Assembly (NCBI GenBank): GCA_963514005.1
Contig: OY740782.1
Span: 136,648,001 to 136,712,000, forward strand
Length of the DNA: 64,000 bases
Source of the DNA: Raja brachyura
Taxonomy: Eukaryota
Reading direction: 5' to 3'
Position numbers and translations under genes: made by a program. Under the pieces are notes generated by a model. The model saw only the letters and a program-made list of their open reading frames with translations. It searched no databases and had not been told where the DNA came from. Shown here piece after piece: positions 26,075-38,143 of this stretch (position 1 is the stretch's first letter; the number at the start of each line of letters is the position of its first letter).

Positions 26075-28140
26075 CATTGAATAAATCAGGGAAGGTGGTG
26101 CATCCATGGATAACAAGGGAAATCAGGGATAGTATAAAAACAAAAGATGAGGTATACAAATTTGCCAAAAAAAGCAGCCTACCGGAGGACTGGGAGAAAT
26201 TCAGAATCCAGCAGAGGAGGACAAAGGGCTTAATTAGGAAAGGGAAAATAGATTATGAAAGGAAACTGGCAGGGAACATAAAAACTGACTGCAAAAGTTT
26301 TTATCGATATGTGAAGAGAAAGAGACTAGTTAAAACAAATGTTGGTCCCTTGCAGTCAGAAACAGGTGAATTGATCGTGGGGAACAAGGACATGGCAGAC
26401 CAATTGAATAACTACTTTGGTTCTGTCTTCACTAAGGAAGACATAAATAATCTGCCGGAAATAGCAGTGGAACGGGGGTCAAATAAGATGGAGGAACTGA
26501 GTGAAATCCAGGTTAGCCGGGAGGTGGTGTTGGGTAAATTGAACGGATTGAAGGCCGATAAATCCCCAGGGCCAGATAGTCTGCATCCCAGAGTACTCAA
26601 GGAGGTAGCCACAGAAATAGTGGATGCATTAGTGATAATTTTTCAAAATTCCTTAGATTCTGGAGTAGTTCCTGAGGATTGGAGGATAGCTAATGTAACC
26701 CCACTTTTTAAAAAAGGAGGGAGAGAGAAAGCGGGGAATTACAGACCAGTTAGTCTAACATCGGTAGTGGGGAAACTGCTAGAGTCAGTTATTAAAGATG
26801 GGGTAGCAGCGCATTTGGAAAGTGGTGAAATCATTGGACAAAGTCAGCATGGATTTATGAAAGGTAAATCATGTCTGACAAATATGATAGAATTTTTCGA
26901 GGAGGTAACTAGTAGAGTGGATAAGGGAGAACCAGTGGATGTGTTATATCTAGACTTTCAGAAGGCTTTCGACAAGGTCCCGCATAAGAGATTAGCATAC
27001 AAACTTAAAGCACACGGTATTGGGGGTTCAGTATTGATGTGGATAGAGAACTGGCTAGCAGACAGGAGGCAAAGGGTAGGAGTAAACGGGTCCTTTTCAG
27101 AATGGCAGGCAGTGACTAGTGGGGTAACGCAAGGCTCAGTGCTGGGACCCCAGCTATTTACAATATATATTAATGATTTGGACGAGGGAATTCGATACAA
27201 CATCTCCAAGTTTGCAGATGACACCAAGCTGGAGGGTATAGTTAGGTGTGAGGAGGATGCTTGGAGGCTGCAGGGTGATTTGGATAGGCTGAGTGAATGG
27301 GCAGATGCATGGCAGATGCAGTATAATGTGGATAAATGTGAGGTTATCCACTTTGGTGGCAAAAACATGAGGGTAGACTATTATCTGAATGGTGGCAGAT
27401 TAGGAAAAGGGGAGATGCAACGAGACCTGGGTGTCATGGTACACCAGTCATTGAAAGTAGGCATGCAGGTGCAGCAGGCAGTGAAGAAAGCAAATGGTAT
27501 GTTAGCATTCATAGCGAAAGGATTTGAGTATAGGAGCAGGGAGGTTCTACTGCAGTTGTACAGGGTTTTGGTGAGGCCACACCTGGAGTATTGCATACAG
27601 TTTTGGTCTCCAAATCGGAGGAAAGACATCCTTGCCATAGAGGGGGTACAGAGAAGATTCACCAGACTGATTCCTGGGATGTCAGGACTTTCATATGAGG
27701 AAAGATTGGATAGACTCGGCTTGTACTCGCTGGAATTTAGAAGATTGAGGGGGGATCTTATAGAAACCTACAAAATTCTTAAGGGGTTGGACAAGCTAGA
27801 TGCTGGAAGATTGTTCCCGATGTTGGGGGAGTCCAGAACAAGGGGTCACAGTCTAAGGATAAGGGGGAATTCCTTTAGGACCGAGATGAGGAAAACATTC
27901 TTTACACAGAGAGTGGTGAGTCTCTGGAATTCTCTGCCACAGAAGGTAGTTGAGGCCAGTTCATTGGCTATATTTAAGAGGGTGTTAGATGTGGCACTTG
28001 TGGCTAAAGGGATCAGGGGGTATGGAGAGAAGGCAGGTATGGGATACCGAGTTGGATGATCAGCCATGATCATATTGAATGGCGGTGCAGGCTCGAAGGG
28101 CCGAATGGCCTGCTCTTGCATCTATTTTTCTATGTTTCTA
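26075..28140 (+). mobile_element. CR1 family A, 5'-truncated, uninterrupted 660-aa RT frame (26077..28059)
   Basis: PWIT, KSPGPD, NYRPVSLTS, FADD; (tttctatg)n tail; no endonuclease or ORF1. Confidence 0.98.
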
Positions 28141-29629
28141 TTGAACAAAATAGAATATTACCACAGGGAGAGACAATTTTCTTCTTTGGGCTCTGTAACA
28201 AACCTAATTCTTCAAGATTTTAGTTATCTGCTGCATGGTACTAAATTTAAGAAAGAAATGTTGACTCAACCATCCAATTAACTAACCATCTGAATTGAAA
28301 ACCATTGTCAAATTTGCAAGTTTGGCAATATAACCGTGAACAAAAGACTTGTGATAATTAATGATCTAACAGATCATTGGAAACACTTTGATCAGGTAAA
28401 CGAATGCATCAAATATTTTCATGATATTTTTCGTGGCAACTCTTGGTTAGATTCTAAACCCTTTTAAATCTAAGACTCCTGTACTCTTGTGAAATAACTC
28501 GAATTTATATACTGCATTTTGAAGAATTAGGAAGTTCTAAAACACGATAGACATAGACAGATTTAAATGTAGACAGCACAGTCCCGCTGTGATTAGATCA
28601 ACCAGTTAATCTGTTCTAGCAATGGACAAGCATTGTTTAGAATTACCCAGAATATCCCAGCTATCTCAGTAGTGCCATGGTGTTTTTTCACATTCATTCA
28701 AATTAATGGGTCCTGTTACAGCTATATACAGTCTTGATGCAATGATTCCCGATTAAAACAAGTTGAATTTAACAAATGGCAAGAGTATTTTTTATGATGC
28801 CAATTCCCACAAGATCATCAATTTTATTCCCAAAGCTATGATTGGTGGTGGGCTGCATTTTAGTTCCATATTTCTCAATTTACAAGAAATGTCACTTGAG
28901 GTAAACGTCATTAATAATTTAACAGATGTGATTGGTGCAAACACCAGCTCAGTCTTACACAGCAATTTGTTGAACCAAAACTTGCATCAATACAATATGG
29001 GTCACCGAATCAATCCTTTATGCTGGGAACCAAGCAGATTGCCATGATTTACAACATTTTAAAAAATACTGTAATTCTGACAATGTATTACTCTGCCTGT
29101 GCAGAATGCAATTAACATTCATTGCCTCGCAGCTGGGGCCCAAACCTGGGTTAAGAACTCCTGAGGCTCTATGGCACTATAGTCAATTTTGACTCTAGTC
29201 AATGGTTTGATGTTGGTACCATATTTGTTAGGGTTATGACTTTGACAGATCCACGTACTAACGCAATACAGTATTTAAGTAAGTCTTTATTTCCTGAACA
29301 GCCACATTAATAGATTTATGACCTTTATTCTTTTGGCCATTTCATATCCAAGCCCGACAGATTTAGTCAAATTCATTGGGGCAGCAGCTCCAGTTGCTGC
29401 TTAAATCATGTAACCCTTTCATTGCTAATCCTTTAAGCATGCTATTTAGCATATACTTCTTCTTGACCAAGAAAACCTGCAAACCCCAATACTCATGATG
29501 AATTGAAATACAAAGAGTTCTAAATTCACGAATAATTAGCGATAACTATTTGTATTAATGGTAAAGAAAAGTGTATATTAAATATATTGTAATGTTAGTT
29601 TATGATTTGGTTGCAGTGCATATCCTTAC

Positions 29630-29721
29630 AGCATTGTCAGGAGCTTTTCTGATAACAATTTTTGCACAATGCCCTGGGCATGGAGCTGATATACTTGTGT
29701 ATTAATTAACCTTTGCTGAGC
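29630..29721 (-). CDS. Candidate isolated internal exon AQQRLINTQVYQLHAQGIVQKLLSEKLLTML
   Basis: tttactttttttgatacag acceptor and gtaagg donor; 92 nt with only one open frame; no partner exon established. Confidence 0.35.
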
Positions 29722-30057
29722 CTGTATCAAAAAAAGTAAATTAATTTTATCATCTTTTGCACACCCTTGCAAAATCTGCACCATAAGACAAACAAATGCA
29801 TTTGATACATTACTGTAAATGTGTTTAATTAAAAATATGTCACTTTCCAGGGTTTTTAGTGGGATGAAAGGGCAATTTGAAATGCTTAAGTATTCTTTAA
29901 TTTGTAAAATGTACCAATGCCACAAGCTAGACATTAAATTACAAGCTTGTTGCTAGCAAAGACCATTAATGCTGCTTAGGAAAATTAAATGCACTGACAT
30001 TCACTGTAGTTTAAAAAAAAAATCTCGAACCAAGCATCGGCAACAGTGCTGTAGCAC

Positions 30058-30185
30058 TGTCTGAAGAAGGGGCCCAACCCAAAACGTCACCTATCCATGT
30101 CCTCTAGACTTGCTGCCTAACCCACTGTTTTACTCCAGCACATAGCGTCTTTTTTTGTAAGCCAGCGTCTGCAGTTCCTTGTTTC
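30058..30185 (+). mobile_element. Short Penelope-derived unit with hammerhead motif
   Basis: gtctgaagaaggggcccaacccaaaacgtcacc...tactccagc...tctgcagttcctt. Confidence 0.8.
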
Positions 30186-30419
30186 TGCAATGCTGTAACA
30201 TTATTTTTCTTACATCCTCATTGATTACTATGTTGTTGTCAGAGATTTTAAATAATTTAAAGAAAATTACTTCTAAAACCAATAACTTTCATATCCACCA
30301 AACAATCCAAAGTCAATGTGGTCTGTTAAGTTGCTCAATATATAGTCGCAGTTGTAATGTAAATTAACATGGAATTACACTGGAAGGGTCACGGAGTGGC
30401 CAGCTTTGTTTTTTAAAAC

Positions 30420-33400
30420 AAGATGGTGCTGAAAGGAGGAGACATTTTGTGGGCAACATGTTGGAGAACACTTATACCCTACAATTTGACATTTTAAAGG
30501 TGAGCTCCATAGCCAGAACTACCACAGCAGAAATTACTTTTTAAGTAATCTTACATCATCCTACAGACCTGATCCCTGCAGCTTTGTGTAGACCTCCATT
30601 GTGCTCGAAAACCTGGTCGCCAGGGAACCCCAAGTAAACACTGACGCGTTGAGGTATGCAAACTCACCTTCCCTCTTCAAGAAGCACCCTTCTTGCTAAT
30701 ATACTTGTTCTTGCTGGAGAATAAGATATATGACCCATGAGCAAGACATCAGTGACATGAGAGACATTTCTGCCTCACCAGAAATACCTGGACACTGAGC
30801 TTTGGGCTGAGAACGTTTCCATCCACCTCATGAACTGGATGGCAAAGTCGCAAAAAGGAAAAGAGGGTGGCTTCTGCATCATGATGTACTTGGACGGTGT
30901 GCTTGGACGTTGTGTTCTCATCTCATTCCTGCTTGTTGGCTTGGAACAGCTGGTGGCTAAGTGCTGACCATTCTATCTCCCGAGAGAGCTTTCCACCGTC
31001 ATCCTGACTGCAGTCTACATCCTGCCTCAGGCAGTCATCAAGCAAGCACTAGGGGAATTGAGCACCGCGCTAAACTATGCGTCGCTCTGGGCATCCAACC
31101 GACTCTGCCTAACTACAATTAATACACCATCTTCACTCTGGCATTTGTCTCTCTGCATTACCCGTTGAATGCTTGGATTGTGCTCATGCACGATATGATT
31201 TGACTGCACATCACATAAACAAAGCTTTTCACTGTAGATAGATACAAAATACTGAAGTAGCGCATTTCTTTATTATTAAGGGTCTCCACCCAAAACGTCA
31301 CCAACTCCTTCTCTCCAGAGATGCTGTGCAACACCTCTGGAGAGAAGGAATTGGTGACTTTTCGGGTCGAGACCCTTCATCAGACTAAGAGTAAGGGAGG
31401 GGGACACTGGAGGTATGGGAAGATACACAACAATGCAGAGCCTGCAGTGATGACTCGGGAAAGATGAAGCCGACAATGGTCATTGTTGGCTGGGGAAGAG
31501 GTTATAACGAAGGAATACAAACGGTGAAATTATTAATCGAATACTTTTTCACTGCATCGTGGTACATAAAACAATAATAAACCAACACAAACCAATGCAA
31601 ATGCCTTCAATAGCACAGGACCCAACACACTCGACCACTATATCACCAGTTCCGGCTACCACTCCGTCCCTCGCTTGCACTTCGGTAAATCTAACCATCT
31701 GGCAGTGTTTTTTCTTTCCTCCTGTGGGCAAAGACTGGAGAGGTGGCATCAGCAAGAAGGACAACAAAGAGCTGGTGGGGGAGACAGAGGAAAGGTTATG
31801 AAACTGCATCAACCCGGTGGACTGGACATCAACAGACCTGAATGAATATGTCACAGTTGTCAGCAGCTTCGTAAAAAGAAACGTGTGGATTCGTGTGTCC
31901 CTACAAAAACATTCTAAGTCTTCCCCAATTCAGGGCGGCACAGCGGTAGCGTTGCAGCCTTATAGCGCCAGAAACCCACGTTTGATCCTGAGGTGCTTTC
32001 TGTATTGGATTTGCACTTTTCCACTGTGACCATGTGGGTTTGCTCCAGTTTCCTCTTACATTCCAAAGACGTGCAGGATTGTGGGTTAATTAGCTTCTTT
32101 AAATTGCCCCCAGTGTGTAGTATAGAACTAGTGTACAGTTGATCATGGCTGGCACAGACCCTGCGGGCCGAAGGGACTGTAATTCTAAAGTAAATGCTGT
32201 ATGTCTAAACTAAACTAAAGCAGTCCTTGATGAACTAGGAGACATGTAATCTGCTGAGGGCCAGATCTGTGGCATTTTGGACCAGCTATCCAGAGTTATA
32301 CTGAAGGCCACCATGAGTGCTAAGGGAATTCTGGACTAAGGTGGATTCACAGGCAAAAGCCCCACACCTGTGACATAGATGGCAAAGATGCATCATTTCT
32401 GGATGAGCTCAAGGTCTTTTTTCACCAACTTCGAAAGAGAAAACAACGACACACCTACACGAGCTCTCCCAGCTCCTGACTGCCCCGTGATGTCAGACAA
32501 TGAGGCCGACATCGGAGCACACAAAGCTACTGGCTCAGCCAGCTACCTGGCCGAGTGCTAAAGACCTGTGTGGACTAGTCAAAATGTAGATACAAGGAAC
32601 TGCAGATGCTGATCAATCTGAATTCACTGGAATTTAAAAGGATGAGAGGGGATCTTATAGAAACATATACAATTCTTAAGGGATTGGAAAGGCTAGATGC
32701 AGGAAAAATGTTGGGGGAGTCCAGAACCAGATGTTCTCCTGACGATCCACCACTCCCAATGTTGGGGGAGTCCAGAACCAGGGGTCACAGTTTAAGAATA
32801 AGGGGTAGGCCATTTAGGACTGAGATGAAGAAAAAACATTTTCACCCAGAGAGTTGTAAATCTGTGAAAATCTCTGCCATGGAAGGCAGTGGAGGCCAAT
32901 TCACTGGATGTTTTCCAGAGAGAGTTAGATGTAGCTTTCAGGGGTAACGGAATCAAGGGATATGAGGAGAAAGCAGGAACAGGGTACTGATTTAGGATGA
33001 TCAGCCATGATCATATTGAATGGCAGTGCTTGCTTGAAGGGCCAAATGGGCTACTCCTGCACCTAATTTCCTATGTTTGTATGTTGCTTCTGGACCCGTA
33101 ACGTCACCTTTTCATGTTCCCCAGAGATGCTGCCTGGTGTGTTACTCCACCAATTTGTGCCTTCCTGTGTGGACTAACTGGTTGGACTATCCAAGACATT
33201 TCAACCTCTTGATTTTGAGATCCAAGGACTTCACCTGCTTCAAAGGGGCATGTGTGTATCAGTACCCAACAAGAACATGGTGATCTGCCTCAATGATTAC
33301 CGTTGCATAGCATTTACATCCACTGAATTGAACTGCTATGAAATATTTTATATGGTGCAATGGGGTTATGGTATGTCAGGGGTTATGGGGGGAAGACAGA

Positions 33401-33560
33401 AGATTGGGGTTGAGAGGGAAAGATAGATCAGCCATGATTGAATGGTAGAATAGACTTGGTGATCTGAATGACCTAATTCTGCTCTTATAAAGGTATGAAC
33501 TCCTGCCTCATAAATAACCTGGATCTGCTTCAATTTGCTTATTGCCACAAAGGTTCAACA
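30420..33560 (+). mobile_element. Old, near full-length Rex1 LINE in pieces, with nested SINE (31932-32220), Penelope-derived units (31255-31550, 33090-33160) and CR1 (32615-33075)
   Basis: AAGATGG start at about 30420; degenerate endonuclease (PFYLPRELSTVILTAVYILP) and RT (CLNDYR.IAFTS) pieces in collinear order. Confidence 0.65.
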
Positions 33561-33599
33561 TAGTCTTTTTCTTTTCACCGAGTTGTATAATTTATGTTT

Positions 33600-33970
33600 G
33601 TGTTGTCTGAATGTAGTCATAAAATTATCATAGAGAACATATGCCTAGCCAGTTTGTGCAAATTAATGTCACCAGAATAGTAATGTGATAATGATCAGAA
33701 AAAAATGTTTTTGATAATGTTGATAGATGTTAAAAATAAAATTGCCTGAGCATTGGCAAGGATTGACTTGTCAGAATCTTTTGCATTCTCTTGACAAAGT
33801 GGGTGGGTATTCAGTTTAAGCTCTCATCCAAAAGAGGACACCTACAATAATACAGTATCCTGTTAGTAATGGACCAATGTTAGCATACATTATGTGTTCA
33901 AATTTCAAGAGTGACACTTGAACCTAACTGTGTGGTGTCAGAGGTACCACAGCCATCAACTGAGGTCAGT
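33600..33970 (-). repeat. Ancient Deu-domain SINE remnant (SacSINE1-like)
   Basis: aatgtgataatgatcag...tgttgatagatg...tctcatccaaaaga...acttgaacc resembles the DeuSINE core and tRNA-like head. Confidence 0.55.
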
Positions 33971-34519
33971 CTTATTAGTTTCAACTCACGCTATCATAGC
34001 GCTGCTATAATGAAAAACAGTGCAGAAGCCCGTCAATAGAAGGAGGAGAACAAAATCACAATGCAGACATCCTAGAGCTGAGAAATTCCAAAGGACTATC
34101 AACAGAGACATATCACTGGAGGCAAAGGAGTAGGCATTTGGCTCATGCTTTATCATTGTGCAGAATGTGTGCCCTACGAAACAATAGGACAATATTACCA
34201 ACCAAATGTGTTAATTAAGTCATTACTATCAGCAGCTTGCAGCTTCACACATGTTCGCTTACTCAAACCATGTCCATCATTTCAAGTAGTAATACAATAA
34301 TAGCTTTAAAATTCAATACAAATACAAGTGCTTAGATGTGCCATACTTGTACAAGGATTTATTTCGGGCTACAACAGAATAAGTTGCGGAGATCACATGC
34401 AAGGGGAAAGTACACAGTTAATGGTATGACTCTTAACATTATTGATGTACAAAGGGATCTTCGGCAGCAAATCCATGGATCCCTGAAGTGGCAACACAAG
34501 TAGATAGTGTGGTAAAGAC

Positions 34520-34822
34520 GGTTTTTAGTTTTTTACTTTTAGAGACACACCGGGTCGACCGCCGACCAATGATCCCCGCATGTTAACACTATCCTACACC
34601 CACTAGGGACAATTTTTACATTTACCAAGCCAATTAACCTACAAACCTGTACTTTGGAATGTGGGAATAAACCGAAGATCTCAGAGAAAACCCACACAGA
34701 TCACGGGGATAACGCACAAACTCCGTACAGACAGCAACCGTAATCGAGATTAAACTCAGTTCTCCGGCACTGCATTCACTGCAAGGCTGCAACTCTACTG
34801 CTGCACCACCGTGACTGCCCAT
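34520..34822 (-). mobile_element. HE1-like V-SINE
   Basis: gggcagtcacggtggtgcagcagtagagttgc head, V-domain, CR1 tail. Confidence 0.9.
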
Positions 34823-34864
34823 AAGGTGCATGGTATGCTTGCCTTAATTGGTCAGGGCACAGAG

Positions 34865-36350
34865 TGTAAGGATGAGAGAGGATCTTATAGAAACATATAA
34901 AATTATTAAGGGATTGGACAGGATAGATGCAGGAAAAATGTTCCAGATGTTGGGGGAATCCAGAACCAGGGGCCACAGTTTAAGAATAAGGAGGAAGCCA
35001 TTTAGAACAGAGATGAGGAAACACTTTTTCTCACAGAGAGTGGTGAGTCTGTGGCATTCTCTGCCTCAAGAGGGCAGTGGAGGCAGGTTCTCTGGATGCT
35101 TTCAAGAGAGAGCTTGATAGGGCTCTTAAAAATAGCGGAGTCAGGGGATATGGGGAGAAGGCAGGAACCGGGTACTTATTGGGGATGATCAGCCATGATC
35201 ACATTGAATGGCAGTGCTGGCTCGAAGGGCTGAATGGCCTACTCCTGCACTTATTGTCTATTGAGATGAGGAAAACCCTTTTCACCCAGAGAGTTGTGAA
35301 TCCTTGGAATTCTCTGCTACAGAAGGCAGTGGAGACCAATTCACTGGATGTATTGAAGAGCAAGTTGGATATACCTCTTGGGGCTAATGGAATCAAGGGA
35401 TATGGAGAGAAAGCAGGAACGGAGGGTACTGATTCTGGATGATCAGCCATGATCATATTGAAGGGCCGAATGGCCTACTCCTGCACCTATGTTGGTGAGT
35501 GGGCAAATGTTTGGCAGATGCAGTATAATGTGGATAAATGTGAGGTTATCCACTTTGGTGGCAAAAATAGGAAAACCGACTACTATCTAAATGGTGGCCG
35601 ATTAGGAAAAGGGGAGATGCAGCGCGACCTGGGTGTCATAGTACACCAGTCATTGAAAGTAGGCATGCAGGTACAGCAGGCAGTGAAGAAAGCAAATGGT
35701 ATGTTAGCTTTCATAGCAAAAGGATTTGAGTATAGGAGCAGGGAGGTTCTACTTCAGTTGTATAGGGTCTTGGTGAGGCCACACCTGGAGTATTGCGTAC
35801 AGTTCTGGTCTCCAAATCTGAGGAAGGACATTATTGCCATAGAGGGAGTGCAGCGAAGGTTCACCAGACTGATTCCTGGGATGTCAGGATTGTCTTATGA
35901 AGAAAGACTGCATAGACTCGGTTTATACTCTCTAGAATTTAGGAGATTGAGAGGGGATCTTATAGAAACTTACAAGATTCTTAAGGGGTTGGACAGGCTA
36001 GATGCAGGAAGATTGTTCCCGATGTTGGGGAGGTCCAGGACAAGGGGTCACAGCTTAAGGATAAGGGGGAAATCCTTTAGGACCGAGATGAGAAGGACTT
36101 TTTTCACACAGAGAGTGGTGGGTCTCTGGAACTCTCTGCCACAGAGGGTAGTTGAGACCAGTTCATTGGCTATATTTAAGAGGGAGTTAGATGTGGCCCT
36201 TGTGGCTAAGGGGATCAGAGGGTATGGAGAGAAGGCAGGTACAGGATACTGAGTTGGATGATCAGCCATGATCATATTGAATGGCGGTGCAGGCTGGAAG
36301 GGCCGAATGGCCTACTCCTGCACCTAATTTCTATGTTTCTATGTTTCATG
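34865..36350 (+). mobile_element. Three stacked CR1 3' ends; the last has an open frame at 35449..36252
   Basis: The CR1 C-terminus and 3' UTR recur at about 34865-35260, 35260-35490 and 35490-36350. Confidence 0.93.
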
Positions 36351-36583
36351 TTTCCAAGGGTCAGAAAATCATGTTGTAACTGTATAAGACTTTGGTTAGG
36401 CCACGTTTAGAATATTGTGTTCTGGTTGCCCCATTACAGGAAGGATGTGGATGCTTTGGTCAGCTTGCAAATTAGTTTTACCAGAAGGCTGTGTGGTTTA
36501 GAAGGCATTAGCTACAAGTAGAGGATAAACAAATTCTGTTTTTGGCGGAACATCAGAGGTTGAGGAAAGGCCTGATTGAGGTA

Positions 36584-38143
36584 CAGCACATTCAGAAAGT
36601 ATTCAGACCACCTTCAATTTTCCACATTTTGTTACATTACAGCCTTATTCAAAAATTGATTACATTAATTTTTTTATCATCAATCTACACACAATACCCC
36701 ATTATACAAAAAACAAAACAACCATTTTAAATGTTTTCAAAGAAAAAAGAAATAACTGATACTTAAATATTCAGATCCTTTACTCAGTACTTTGATGAGG
36801 CACCTTTGGCAGTGATTACAGCCTCAGGTCTTCTTTGGTTTGATGCTACAAGCTTGGCATACCTGCATTTGGGTCACTTCTCCCATTCTTCTCTGCAGAT
36901 CCTCTCAATCTCTGTCAGGTTAGATGGGGGCATCGATGCAGAGCTATTTTTAGGTCCCCCCAGAGATGGTCGATCGGGTTCAAGTCCAGGCTCTGGCTGG
37001 GTCACTCAAGGACATTCACAGACTTGTCATGAAGTCACTCCTGGTTTGTCTTAGCTGGGTGCTAAGGGTCATTAATCCTGTTGAAAGGCGAACCTCCGCC
37101 AAGACCAAGGTCCAGAACACTCTGGAGCAGGTTTTCATCAAGGATCTCTCTGTATTTTGCTCCATTCATCATTCCCTCAATCCTGAGTAGTCTCCCAGTT
37201 CCTGCCGTTGAAAAACATGCCCACAGCATGATGCTGCCACCACTGTTTCACCATGATGAGCGGTGCATGGTTTCCTCCAGATTTGTCACTTAGCATTCAG
37301 GCCAAGGAGCTCAATCGTGGTTTTATCAGACCAGAAAATCTTGTTTCTCATGGTCTGAGAGTCCTTTCGGTGCCTTTTGGCAAACTCCAAGCGGGCTGTC
37401 ATGTGCCATTTACTGAAGAGTGGCTTCCATCTGGCCACTCTACCATAAAGGCCTGATTGGTGGAGTGATGCAGATATAGTTGTCCTTCTGGAAGGTTTTC
37501 CCCTCTCTACAGAGGAACTCTGGAGCTCTGTCAGAGTGACCATCGGGTTCTTGACCAAGGCCCTTCTCCCCCGTTTGGCCGAACAGCCAGCTCTATTGGA
37601 ACTTTGGAACAACCTGGTGGTTCCAAAGTTCTTCCATTTTAGAATGACAGAGGCCACTGTGCTCTTTGGGAGCTGCAATGCTGCAGAAATTGTTTATACC
37701 CTTCCCCAGAATCCTGTGTCGGAGGTCTATGGACAATTCCTTCATCTGCACGACTTGGTTTTTGCTCTGATATGCACTGTCAACTGTGGGACCTTATATA
37801 GACAGGTGTGTGCCTTTCCAAATCATGTCCAATCAATTTAATTTACCACTGGTGGACTCCAATCAAGTTGTAGCAACATCTCAAGGATAATCAATGGAAA
37901 CAGGATGAACCGAAGCTCAATTTTTAGTGTCATAGCAAAGGATCTGAATACTTATGTAAATGTGATATTTCAGTTATTTATTATTAATTATATTGCAAAC
38001 ATTTCAAAACACCTGTTTTCATTCTGGGCTATTGTGTGCAGATTGATAATAAAAAAAATGAATGTAATCCATTTTAGAATAAGGCTGTAACATAACAACA
38101 TGTGGAAAAAGTGTAGGGGTCTGAATACTTTCTGAATGCACTG
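36584..38143 (-). mobile_element. Tc1/mariner transposon with decayed transposase (Passport-like TIR)
   Basis: TIR cagcacattcagaaagtattcagacc / ggtctgaatactttctgaatgcactg, TA on both sides; minus-strand KNPMVTLTELQ...LHQSGLYGRVAR.KPL...IFWSDKTTIEL; splits a CR1 'LIEV|YKIMRG' frame (36350-38480). Confidence 0.95.

Noticed and set aside
26077-28059. Long RT ORFs as autonomous or domesticated genes (also 19015..20613 and 61420..62703)
   Set aside because: 5'-truncated CR1 copies lacking endonuclease, ORF1 and promoter; open simply because they are young.
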